DNA of 15,394 nucleotides, taken from the NCBI GenBank assembly GCA_033551855.1, contig JAWSUI010000078.1, positions 1-15,394 of the forward strand. Reading direction: 5' to 3'. Position numbers and translations under genes: made by a program. Below are positions 7,769 to 15,394 of this stretch, one piece after another. Positions within the stretch are counted from its first letter, which is position 1; each line of letters starts with the position of its first letter. This DNA is from Deferrisomatales bacterium. Its GTDB lineage: Bacteria; Desulfobacterota; Deferrisomatia; Deferrisomatales; JACRMM01. Below the pieces are notes generated by a model that had not been told where the DNA came from, ran no database searches, and saw only the letters and a list, made by a program, of their open reading frames with translations.

Positions 7769-10060
7769 TCACCCCGCTTCGAGGTCGTCGCCGAAGAGCT
7801 TCTCGTCGAGCTCCTTGACCGCCTCGTATTGCTCCCGGGCCCGGACGAGCCGGTCCCCGAGCTCCGCCAGCCCTCCGCTATTACCAAGGCCCTCCCCGCC
7901 CGTGGCCCGCAGCCAGGCGTCGAAGACGAGCTCCGAGAAGTCCTGCCCCTCCTCGATCTCCCCCAGGATGGCCCCCACCTCGCCCACTACGAGCTCAAAC
8001 ATGTTGATCTTCTCGTCGAGGATGCGAAGGATCTCGTCCTCGATGGTCCCGGGGAGGGCGAGGTTGAAGACGAAGACCTCCCGATGCTGGCCGATCCGGT
8101 GTAGGCGCCCGATGCGCTGCTCGATGGCCATGGGGTTCCAGGGCAAGTCGAAGTTGACGAGGGTGTTGGCGAACTGTAGGTTTCGGCCTTCGCCTCCCGA
8201 CTCGGTGGAGAGGAGCACCGGGATACGGTCCCGAAAGTCTGCGACGGCCGAGTCCTTCGCGAGGCCGCTCATGCCTCCCTCGAAGATCGAACAGGCGACC
8301 CCGGCCCCCTCCAGGAAGCGGCGCAGGTGGTCCAGCGTCTCCCGGTGGTGGACGAAGACGATCTTCTTCTCCCCGGGATTTCGGCGAAGCAGCTCCAGGA
8401 GCGCCGCGCCCTTGGCGCCGACCCCCAGAGGTCGGTAGCGGGTCGCGAGCTCGTCCCAGCGCCCGCTATCCCCGTGGCGCCGGGCGAAGCGCTCCAGGGC
8501 GCCCGCGGCCGCCGCGGGAGAGGATCCCGCCGCGGTCAGGAGGTGGTGGAGCGCTAAGCGGTGGCCGCCGCTCGAGGCGAGGTGGGTATCCCGCACCAAG
8601 CTCGTGAGGGCGTCGTAGCACGCCCGTTCCTCGGCCCCCGCGGGCACCCGGAGCGTGGTGGCGTGCCGCGGCGGCAGGCGTACGTCCACCAGGCCCCGGG
8701 TGTTGCGCACCATCACGTCGCGCATGAGGTCGCGCATACGGTCCCGGTGAAGGGGCACCCGGGGCTTGCCCGGGGTCATGTGGGCCTCCCGGAATTCCTT
8801 CTCCGTCCGGAAGATCCCGGGCTTTAGAAGTGTGAGGAGGTTGTAGAGCTCCACCAGGCTGTTCTGCACCGGGGTCGCCGAGAGGAGCAGGAGGAAGCGC
8901 TTCTTCAAGGCATCGACGAGCTTGTAGTTCTGGGTCGTGCGGTTCTTGAGGTGGTGGGCCTCGTCGACGACCACCACGTCCCACTCCCGGCCCGCCACCC
9001 GCTCGAAGTGCTCCTTCCGGCGCGCCGCCGCGATGGAGGCCACGATCCGGGGACTCGACCAGAAGACCTCCGGGTCGGCGCGAAGAAGGGGGTCATAACT
9101 CGTGCGGCAGGAAAGGCCGAACTTGGTCTCGAGCTCCTCCTGCCACTGGCCCACGAGCGACGCCGGGGTCAGAACCAGGAAGCGCTCGGCCATCCCGCGC
9201 ATGGCGTATTCCTTGAGGGCCATGCCCGCCTCGATGGTCTTACCCAACCCCACCTCGTCGGCCAGAAGCACCCGGCCGCGAAACTGCTTGAGGACCTTGC
9301 GGACGGTCTCCACCTGGTACCAGTAGGTCTCGACGCCGCGGAGCTGAGACAGGCACAGAAGCTCGTCGAACCCCTGCAGGAGGGCGAGGCGGGCCAGGTC
9401 CCCCCGCAGGCGGAACCTGCGGTGGGCGTCGGGTTCAGGGCCGTTGCCCCGGAAGCGGATCTGGTCGCGGTTGGCCCAATCGAACCGCACCGGGATCCGA
9501 GTGGCGGCCACAGGGAGCTCGGGGACGCCGGGGTGGGCCGCGGGTGCGGACGCAGCCCGCGCAGGGAGTCCCCGGTGGGGCGGGGTCGTCGGGGCAGGTG
9601 CCTTGCCCGGGGGCTTCCTCCCGCCCCGGGGGGCGGGGCCGGCTGCGGGCTTCTTCGCGGGCCGCGGGGCGGGGCGGTAGAATGCCTGGTGCCACTGGGA
9701 GAGCATCCACGGGTAGAGGGCCTCGCCGCCCCGGAACTCCCGGAGCGCGCTCCGGGCATCCGCCAGCCCGTGACGTTCCAGCACTTTCCGCGCCTGCTCC
9801 GGGAGACCTTGCCTCACCAGGACCAGTGCCCGCAGGAGGTGGTCGCAGGGAAGGGGCTGGTAGCGTTTCTCCAGGCGCTTCAAGTAGCGCAGGCACCGGT
9901 CCGGCTTGCCGGCCACCAGGGCGGCGAGCGCCGCGAGGTGGATCAGCTCGGGGTCGGTGGGCTCCTCCCGCAGGGCCTCCTCGGCTACGGCCAAGGGCTC
10001 GGGGGACACCCCCCGGTCGAGGATCCCCTGGATGCGGGCCGTCCAGGAAGCGGCGCTCAT
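7769..10060 (-). CDS. SNF2-family (YqhH/RapA-like) SF2 ATPase with TPR-like N-terminus, 763 aa
   Basis: Motif I LADEVGLGKT, Ia LTPASLVGQW, II DEAH, III SAT, V STESGGEGRNLQ, VI QRIGRLHR. The helical N-terminal region is joined by a Pro/Ala/Lys-rich linker. Confidence 0.93.
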   Translation of the reverse strand: MSAASWTARIQGILDRGVSPEPLAVAEEALREEPTDPELIHLAALAALVAGKPDRCLRYLKRLEKRYQPLPCDHLLRALVLVRQGLPEQARKVLERHGLADARSALREFRGGEALYPWMLSQWHQAFYRPAPRPAKKPAAGPAPRGGRKPPGKAPAPTTPPHRGLPARAASAPAAHPGVPELPVAATRIPVRFDWANRDQIRFRGNGPEPDAHRRFRLRGDLARLALLQGFDELLCLSQLRGVETYWYQVETVRKVLKQFRGRVLLADEVGLGKTIEAGMALKEYAMRGMAERFLVLTPASLVGQWQEELETKFGLSCRTSYDPLLRADPEVFWSSPRIVASIAAARRKEHFERVAGREWDVVVVDEAHHLKNRTTQNYKLVDALKKRFLLLLSATPVQNSLVELYNLLTLLKPGIFRTEKEFREAHMTPGKPRVPLHRDRMRDLMRDVMVRNTRGLVDVRLPPRHATTLRVPAGAEERACYDALTSLVRDTHLASSGGHRLALHHLLTAAGSSPAAAAGALERFARRHGDSGRWDELATRYRPLGVGAKGAALLELLRRNPGEKKIVFVHHRETLDHLRRFLEGAGVACSIFEGGMSGLAKDSAVADFRDRIPVLLSTESGGEGRNLQFANTLVNFDLPWNPMAIEQRIGRLHRIGQHREVFVFNLALPGTIEDEILRILDEKINMFELVVGEVGAILGEIEEGQDFSELVFDAWLRATGGEGLGNSGGLAELGDRLVRAREQYEAVKELDEKLFGDDLEAG

Positions 10061-10401
10061 GCGGGGTTTCCTGCGGCGGCCCCGGTGGCGGGAGTGTTGG
10101 GGAGTGGCATTCGCGTCTGCTGGAGGTAGTGTTCGCCGAGGGAAGAGCCCTGTGATCGGGGTTCTCCCTGCACCCGCCCGCCCTCCTTGACGGCGCGCCT
10201 GCCCGGCAGCTATACCCCAGGAGGAACCGGAGCGACAAGGGGGACGGCGGGTCCGAACGGGGGTACGATGGGAGAGGTTTCGTTCCCATGCAGGCCGGGA
10301 CCCCGCTCCGCGGGATTTCTCGATCCCGGCTGACCAGGGGGGCCCTTGCACGAACACCGCAGGGCAGGAAGGGTCGCTGGTGCCCAAGAGCTTTCCCTGG
10401 G

Positions 10402-10910
10402 TTAGCTCGGGAGCCCAAGGTCCTCCAGCGGGGCCTTCGCCAACCCGCTGGCTTCCCCGGTGGCCGCCTGTCGGTTCACGGTGGACGCGGCCACCCCGAG
10501 ATGACGAGCCGGGGCGGCGCCGGGCCTTCCGAGCTCGACCACGGCTACCCGTGCCAGAGCCCGTCGCGCTGCGACAACCGCGGGCCGGCGCGTCGCCCCA
10601 CGAAGCTCCTCCACCGAGACCCCGGCCAGCTTCGCCGCACGCTCGACCAATTCCTCGATCGTCACCCCCCGGGCCAGGCGCCGCAGCTTTTCGCGGGGCT
10701 CCCACTGCGCGTCGCTGAGGACCTCGCGCACGAAGTCGCTGCCGCCGAGGATCCTCTCGTCGAAGGCGACCGGTTCGTCCTCTTTGCGCCGTCGCGTCCT
10801 GAGCGCCTCAAAGCCTCCTCCGGAGCTTCGCCGCAGCCCGCCCCCGACGGGCTCCGGCCTGCGCCCTTGCTGGATCCCATCGGAGACGAAGGCTTCGTAC
10901 CGTCGGACCC
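10402..10910 (-). pseudogene. C-terminal half of a Y1/RAYT-type transposase with DnaA-C-like HTH
   Basis: RRYEAFVSDGIQQGRRPEPVGGGLRRS...DERILGGSDFVREVL...ELRGATRRPAVVAARR...ARHLGVAASTVNR. The HUH domain is absent. A probable element end GGGGACGT lies at 10985-10978 on the minus strand. Confidence 0.8.
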
Positions 10911-11250
10911 ACCCGGCCGTACTCGGGTACGGCAACCCGCCATTTCCCGGAAGAGAGTCAATTTTCTGGTTGTGCGGACGTCCCCCTCGATGTCACGCTG
11001 TCATCGGCCTTACACCGGGCCCTGGCGGTCACGTGCTGGAGCACCCCAGGGAAATCGAGGCGGGTCTGTCGTTGCATGGGGCAGGAGCCCATTCAGAGGA
11101 GCTAATCTGTCAAACGAGCAACGCCTTCCCGCCCCGGCCGTTTCAAGGTTCCCGGCCGTCGGTCCGATACAGGGGGGACACCAACTCCCGGTGTCCCGAC
11201 GCGGCGGGTTGCCGATACACTCTGCCGACAGATTCCCGAAGAGGGGACAG

Positions 11251-12171
11251 ATGAGCCGTTCATTTTCGACTGCTTGGTGCGTCATCTCATCGCACGGCCC
11301 CTGGCGAGCCGCGCTCTCCTTGCTGGCCGCCATGGCCGTGGTGGGAGGCGCCGAAGCGATGAGCTCCTCCGGGGAGGCCGAGTCCGAGCGCAAGCTTCTC
11401 ACGAACCGAGGCAGGGTCGTCTTCGAGCGGCCCGGAGCTACCGACCGACACGTTTACATCATAGGTCAGAGTCATCGCAGCGCCCAAACCGGGGCGAACG
11501 GGCCCGACACCGTGGCGGCGCAGGCGGACGTATACCGGCTGGGTCAGTGGCTCATCGAGAATCAAGACGTCGAGCTCTTTTTGCCGGAAGGGTTCTTCGA
11601 CGCCCGCACAGGTGCCCCCGTGTCGTCGAGCCGAGGGGCCCGTCCAGAGGGTGCGTGGATGGACGAAGTGACCCTCGAACGACGCCTGTCGGACACCAGT
11701 GTCTTCACGAGTGCTGGAAATCTGCTCTGGGAGAGTTGCAGCGTCCGGTTTCGACAGGTGGAGGATGAGGACCTCTACGTTCAGTCGCTGGGCCTGATCT
11801 CGTCCGGCACCGACCGCCGGTCCGACGCGGAGTGGCTGGCCGATCTCGAGCACGTTCAAGAACGCCGCTCAGCTGCGATACTCCAGAATGTCGTGCGGGT
11901 CGTCCAGGAGGAGTATGGGGAAGGACACATAAAGAACCGGCGGGCCGTGGTCACGGTAGGACTGGCTCACTTGAGCGAGATCCTGCGGTTTCTGAGAGAC
12001 GAGCGGATCGAGGTGTCGTCATCGGCGTGCCCCACCGCTCGGTGCCCCACATACGATTCCGAGCTCGAACTGCTGGAAGGGGATTTCGGGATCACGGTGA
12101 TCGTGCCGCAGTCATTGTGGGAGAACCGCTCCGCGCTGCGCGTCGCCCGATTGGACCACCTGGCCCCTTAG
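11251..12171 (+). CDS. Exported hypothetical protein, possibly TIKI/TraB/EreA/ChaN-clan, 306 aa
   Basis: RBS GAGGGG and signal-peptide-like LSLLAAMAVVGGAEA; motifs YIIGQSH, LFLPEG, ERRSAAILQNV, VVTVGLAHL. Confidence 0.7.
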   Translation: MSRSFSTAWCVISSHGPWRAALSLLAAMAVVGGAEAMSSSGEAESERKLLTNRGRVVFERPGATDRHVYIIGQSHRSAQTGANGPDTVAAQADVYRLGQWLIENQDVELFLPEGFFDARTGAPVSSSRGARPEGAWMDEVTLERRLSDTSVFTSAGNLLWESCSVRFRQVEDEDLYVQSLGLISSGTDRRSDAEWLADLEHVQERRSAAILQNVVRVVQEEYGEGHIKNRRAVVTVGLAHLSEILRFLRDERIEVSSSACPTARCPTYDSELELLEGDFGITVIVPQSLWENRSALRVARLDHLAP

Positions 12172-12189
12172 CCCAGGGCCGCCGATACC

Positions 12190-12222
12190 AAAGAAAGCGG
12201 GGCAGGCCCCCTGCCTGCCCCG
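12190..12222 (-). terminator. Intrinsic terminator between the convergent genes
   Basis: Perfect 10-bp stem CGGGGCAGGC/GCCTGCCCCG, followed on the minus strand by CTTTCTTT. Confidence 0.7.
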
Positions 12223-12296
12223 AATCCCGAACCATCTGTAACTGGGCAAGTCTCGCCGATCAGTTACTTCTCGTTCTCCTCAGCATTTCTGTTGCA

Positions 12297-12914
12297 TCAT
12301 CTTTCGCCGCGCGGGCGGTCTTCCGACTGCGGCTGGCCCGGCGCGCGTTCTTGCAACTGCCGCTGGCGGGCGCCCTCTTCGCTCCACCACGGACTCACCC
12401 CGTAGTAGCTGTGCACCTCGCGGGCGAACTCGGGGTCATCCAGCCGGCGCTCCGCAAACTTCGGTCCATCCTTGATCTTCTGGGTGTCCATGGCGAGCGT
12501 GAAGTGCTCTGCGGACGCGTCCTTGCGTAACACGCTGAAGGGGACGATGTACTCTGACTCCCCGATCCCCAGGATTCCACCCGAAGCCACGACCAGGTAA
12601 ACGATCCTACCCTGGTCGGCGTCGACGAGGATCTCCTTGATATTCCCCAGATCCTCACCCGCGGCGTTCTTCACCGCCATGCCTGTAATATCTCCGGCGG
12701 GCGTGATCTTGCCCATCTTTCCCAGCTTATGCCCCGGTTGACCACCCATCTTCTCCATTTCCCCCGGTTGAACACCCATCCTCTCCATCGTGAGTTTTTG
12801 CTCGGCGGTCTGCGAAGCTTTCTCGCCCTTCTTCACGTTGTCGGCGGCGAAAGCGCTGCCGACGAGGCAGGTTGCTCCCATGAGCCCTGCCAGAATCCAT
12901 GCTGTCCTCTTCAT
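12297..12914 (-). CDS. Exported PRC-barrel domain protein, 205 aa
   Basis: RBS GAGGAG; signal peptide MKRTAWILAGLMGATCLVGSAFA; ITGMAVKNAAGEDLGNIKEILVD...GRIVYLVVASGGILGIGE...VPF...VHSYYGVSPWW. Confidence 0.92.
   Translation of the reverse strand: MKRTAWILAGLMGATCLVGSAFAADNVKKGEKASQTAEQKLTMERMGVQPGEMEKMGGQPGHKLGKMGKITPAGDITGMAVKNAAGEDLGNIKEILVDADQGRIVYLVVASGGILGIGESEYIVPFSVLRKDASAEHFTLAMDTQKIKDGPKFAERRLDDPEFAREVHSYYGVSPWWSEEGARQRQLQERAPGQPQSEDRPRGER
12729..12788 (-). repeat. In-frame 30-bp tandem duplication
   Basis: Encodes MERMGVQPGE / MEKMGGQPGH. Confidence 0.85.
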
Positions 12915-13121
12915 TGTCGTGCTCCTCTCGGTCTGAAGTAGATTTTGGTCTCGTCCAAGGCCTCTCTTTCGGTTCACTGATCGGGTCGCCGTGATCCTCC
13001 TTTCTGTAGGGGGTGATTCCAACGTCCGCGGGAGGCCCTTGAGCACCCCGTCGGCCGGAAGGCGCGCCCCCTTGCGGGACACTCGGGTTCTCGTTCTCGT
13101 CTCGTCTCGTGACAAGGGAAA

Positions 13122-13138
13122 TGCAACTGGCGTGCCAA
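13122..13138 (-). promoter_or_regulatory. Sigma54 (-24/-12) promoter for the PRC-barrel gene
   Basis: Minus strand TTGGCACGCCAGTTGCA matches TGGCACG-N4-TTGC. Confidence 0.8.
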
Positions 13139-13163
13139 TGGAAAACTGCCGATGCAGCGAGCT

Positions 13164-13176
13164 CAAGGTGTTGATT
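13164..13176 (-). promoter_or_regulatory. IHF binding site
   Basis: Minus strand AATCAACACCTTG matches WATCAANNNNTTR, just upstream of the sigma54 promoter. Confidence 0.65.
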
Positions 13177-13303
13177 ATATAGGGTAAAGCAATAAGAGAG
13201 CGGGCGGGATGAGGGAAAGGCCGTCAGCGGTACCTGCAACATGTGACATAGCCGGCACATACGACGGAACGCGTTGTGGTCGTCGTCACCGGGGGGAAGG
13301 CGG

Positions 13304-13366
13304 GCGTTGAAAGAGGAGGATCAGTGGCTACGGCGGAAGCTGCGCTGCATCTTGTGGCGGCAGTGG
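13304..13366 (+). pseudogene. Group II intron maturase (domain X) fragment
   Basis: ALKEEDQWLRRKLRCILWRQW resembles the conserved DxWxRRRLRxxxWxQWK motif. Confidence 0.65.
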
Positions 13367-13422
13367 GGTGGGGCCGGCTTGACGGAGTCGCTGCAAGAGC
13401 GCATGGACAAAACCTTTGAGGA

Positions 13423-13527
13423 GTGGCACTGGAGGCCGCCGGGTTTCCCACGGAGAAGGTCCGCGACGGCAGGCACATCCGCCACCGGCTCCTGCGGGGC
13501 TACTCCCCGCCCCAGATCCCCTTCGAC
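13423..13527 (+). pseudogene. Fragment of a WYL-regulator N-terminal wHTH region
   Basis: ALEAAGFPTEKVRDGRHIRHRLLRGYSPPQIPF. Confidence 0.45.
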
Positions 13528-13539
13528 GCATGGCCGAGT

Positions 13540-13661
13540 GCCGCGGGCCCAGGACGGGCAGGAGCGGCCACCTCCATCTGCACCGGATCCCGCGCTACCG
13601 GGGCGACGTGGACGACCCGACGGGCGGGGTGCGGTTCGTGATTCCGGCGCGGGGGAACCAC
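13540..13661 (+). pseudogene. HIT-family protein C-terminal fragment
   Basis: HLHLHRIPRYRGDVDDPTGGVRFVIP contains the histidine triad; a degraded AAGQT-like segment lies just upstream. Confidence 0.75.
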
Positions 13662-13858
13662 CGTGTGCCCGGGTTCCTTCCGAACGCCGGGGCGCATCGC
13701 TGGTCAAGGCTCTTTTCCGACAGGAGGGAAGCGGGTGAGACTGTCCGAGCACGCCCACCAGCTCGCGTATCTGCGTACGGACATCCCATGCACGGTGGGC
13801 TGCTGGAGTGGTGGGGATCGGAAACTCAAATGGTAAAGGACGTCCCACGTCCCGCGGC

Positions 13859-13898
13859 TTGAGGGACGGGGCATAGAGACGTATAGTAAGGAATCCTT
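13859..13898 (+). promoter_or_regulatory. Sigma70 promoter plus palindromic operator of the AbrB-PIN operon
   Basis: TTGAGG-N17-TATAGT immediately followed by the palindrome AAGGA-A-TCCTT. Confidence 0.7.
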
Positions 13899-13923
13899 TC
13901 CTCCTTTCGACGGGAGGCCGGCC

Positions 13924-14160
13924 ATGCTGGCGAAGATCACGTCCAAGAACCAGCTCACCCTGCCCAAGAAGGTCACCAACGCCATTGGTCCCGCCGAGTA
14001 CTTCGATATCGAGGTCAAGAACGGCCAGATCGTTCTGACGCCGGTGCGCATCCAGCGCGCCGACGCGCTGCGCGCCAAGCTGGCCGAGCTCGACCTCGGC
14101 GAGCAAGACGTCGCGGAGGCCGTGGCGTGGGCGCGGCGCCCCAAGAACGAGGCGCAGTGA
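13924..14160 (+). CDS. AbrB/MazE/SpoVT-family antitoxin
   Basis: MLAKITSKNQLTLPK...FDIEVKNGQIVLTPV; GGAGG RBS. Confidence 0.92.
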   Translation: MLAKITSKNQLTLPKKVTNAIGPAEYFDIEVKNGQIVLTPVRIQRADALRAKLAELDLGEQDVAEAVAWARRPKNEAQ

Positions 14161-14603
14161 GCACTGTTCCCCGGGTGGTTCTCGACACCAACCTGGTCCT
14201 CTCGGCCCTGGTCTTCTCGGGGGGGCGCGTGGCCGAGCTGCGCCGGGCCTGGCAGCAGGGCGCCTCCACGCCCCTGGTGTCCCGGGACACGGCGGCGGAG
14301 CTCGTGCGGGTCCTGGCCTATCCCAAGTTCCGCCTCTCCCGCGAAGAGCAGGAGGTGCTCCTGGCCGACTATCTGCCCCATGCCGACACCGTGAAGATCC
14401 CGGCCCGCAAGCCCCGGGTGCCCCCGTGCCGGGACCCCTTCGACGCGCCGTTTCTGCTGCTCGCGGTGGCCGGAGAGGCCGACTTCCTGGTCACGGGGGA
14501 TCAGGACCTGTTGTCCCTGGACGGCCAGATCCCGGGCCCCATCGTCACTGCCGACGCGTTCCTCCAAACCCTCTCGTCTGCTGGAAAGGGCGAACCCGCG
14601 TGA
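14157..14603 (+). CDS. PIN-domain (VapC-like) toxin, 148 aa
   Basis: GTGA overlap with the antitoxin; RVVLDTNLVLSAL, ELVRVLAYPKF, CRDPFDAPFL, ADFLVTGDQDLL. Confidence 0.92.
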   Translation: MSTVPRVVLDTNLVLSALVFSGGRVAELRRAWQQGASTPLVSRDTAAELVRVLAYPKFRLSREEQEVLLADYLPHADTVKIPARKPRVPPCRDPFDAPFLLLAVAGEADFLVTGDQDLLSLDGQIPGPIVTADAFLQTLSSAGKGEPA

Positions 14604-14650
14604 GCACCGTCACCCACGACATCGTCGCCAAGCTCGGGAATCTCTGTAAC
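14600..14650 (+). pseudogene. hsdM: Type I R-M HsdM N-terminal stub
   Basis: GTG overlapping the PIN stop; MSTVTHDIVAKLGNLCN resembles the EcoKI-type HsdM start DxVAKLWxLC, then similarity ends. Confidence 0.6.
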
Positions 14651-15101
14651 GCCGAAGCCGGTTGGGCAAGGGGGGAGGAGCACGGATCGCACAATTGGTT
14701 CCAGCCGAAGTATCCCCCGCCGGCGTTCCTGGGAACTCAATCTGAAAACAACGTCCCGGTCGTGGTCCTGAGTGGTCGCCAGCGCCCTTGGCCTGCCCCT
14801 TGCTACGGCGGGTCCGGTACGAGTCGCCACGCGTCGTCAGGATCTGGGCGTGGTGCGCGAGGGTGGGGTCGGAAACTCAACGAGTAAAGGACGGTGACGT
14901 CGCCCGGGTTCTTCCCAAGGGGCTCGGCGCTCGCTCCCCGGCGTGCTGACCGCGCCCAGAGGCCTGTGGTAGATTGGCTTCATCCGGCGCGTCCTGGAAG
15001 CCCCATCTCGAGGTCGGCGGGAGAGCGGTATGGCTGTATTTCCCATCCTCGAGTCACGGTGGCCGAACTACCGGAGTTCAGAGTACGCAGGAGAAGGTGC
15101 C

Positions 15102-15341
15102 ATGGTTCCGGCGATTAGAGAAAAGCTTCCGGCTCTCGCTGCGCTGTGTTCTCGGCAGAAGGTGAAGAGCCTCTCGATCTTTGGGTCGGCGGTGGGCGGC
15201 GACTTCGACTCCCAGCGCAGCGATATCGACGTGCTGGTCGAGTTCGAGCCCATGTCGCCGGTTCACCACGCCGAAGCGTACTTCGGGCTCCTCGAGGAGG
15301 CCGAGGCCCTCTTCGGCTGCCCGGTCGATCTGGTCGAGCCC
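15102..15341 (+). pseudogene. Minimal nucleotidyltransferase (MNT/MntA-like), 3'-truncated (not in the ORF track)
   Basis: MVPAIREKLPALAALCSRQKVKSLSIFGSAVGGDFDSQRSDIDVLVEF...YFGLLEEAEALFGCPVDLVE carries the GS...DxD motif; RBS AGGAGAAGG. Confidence 0.85.
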
Positions 15342-15394
15342 CTGATGTCGGCGTTCGCCATGTTCTCCTTGAAGGACCCCTCGCTTCTGGCCTT
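15342..15394 (+). mobile_element. Internal fragment of a DDE-type (ISNCY/IS4-like) transposase running off the window
   Basis: LMSAFAMFSLKDPSLLA resembles the DALMSxFAMFSLKxPSLLxF N-terminal motif of such transposases. Confidence 0.65.

Noticed and set aside
4180..10060. Calling the operon a canonical Druantia system
   Set aside because: Only a DruA-like DUF4338 is present; there is no DruE-type DUF1998 helicase, and the ATPase is SNF2-type.
6200..10129. Long plus-strand ORFs (6200..7054, 6622..7818, 8951..10129 and others)
   Set aside because: Antisense shadows of high-GC genes, with no motifs.
10321..10336. CGATCCCGGCT as a possible att copy of the tRNA-Thr 3' end bounding the operon
   Set aside because: Only about 11 nt with a gap; expected by chance in high-GC DNA.
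10061..10705. N-terminal extension of the 978-aa SNF2 ORF
   Set aside because: Runs through intergenic DNA and the transposase remnant in another frame; composition is not protein-like.
11160..11220. Possible c-di-GMP-I (GEMM) riboswitch ending GCGGGTTGCCGA
   Set aside because: The GNRA-capped P2 and GCAAA/GGAAA junction are absent; only a simple GGGACACC/GGTGTCCC hairpin is seen.
10288..11250. First 321 aa of the 627-aa ORF 10288..12171
   Set aside because: Largely antisense to the Y1 transposase remnant; RBS and signal peptide point to a start at 11251.
13810..14893. CRISPR array interpretation of the spaced repeats
   Set aside because: Copies are degenerate with irregular spacing (about 880 and 110 nt), and there are no cas genes.

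Overview
High-GC bacterial accessory region; gene content suggests a deltaproteobacterium, but this is inference. A tRNA-Ala(CGC)/tRNA-Thr(CGT) pair sits at 3589-3788. Converging on it is an intact, tightly coupled four-gene minus-strand operon (10060->4180): a YqhH-like SNF2 ATPase with a TPR-like N-terminus, a YqhG-like Zn-finger partner, an unrecognised 476-aa protein, and a DUF4338 (DruA/Mom-like) protein. This operon is the best candidate for an undescribed defence or DNA-modification system. The flanks are rich in mobile-element debris: remnants of Y1/RAYT-type transposase elements with recognisable ends, an integron-cassette-like gene, two intact type II toxin-antitoxin pairs, a truncated MNT gene, and short fragments of HRDC, group II intron maturase, WYL, HIT and HsdM genes. 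Two convergent exported-protein genes lie at 11251-12914: one TIKI/TraB-like, and one PRC-barrel gene with a sigma54+IHF promoter. All family calls come from recognising motifs by eye; no searches were run.
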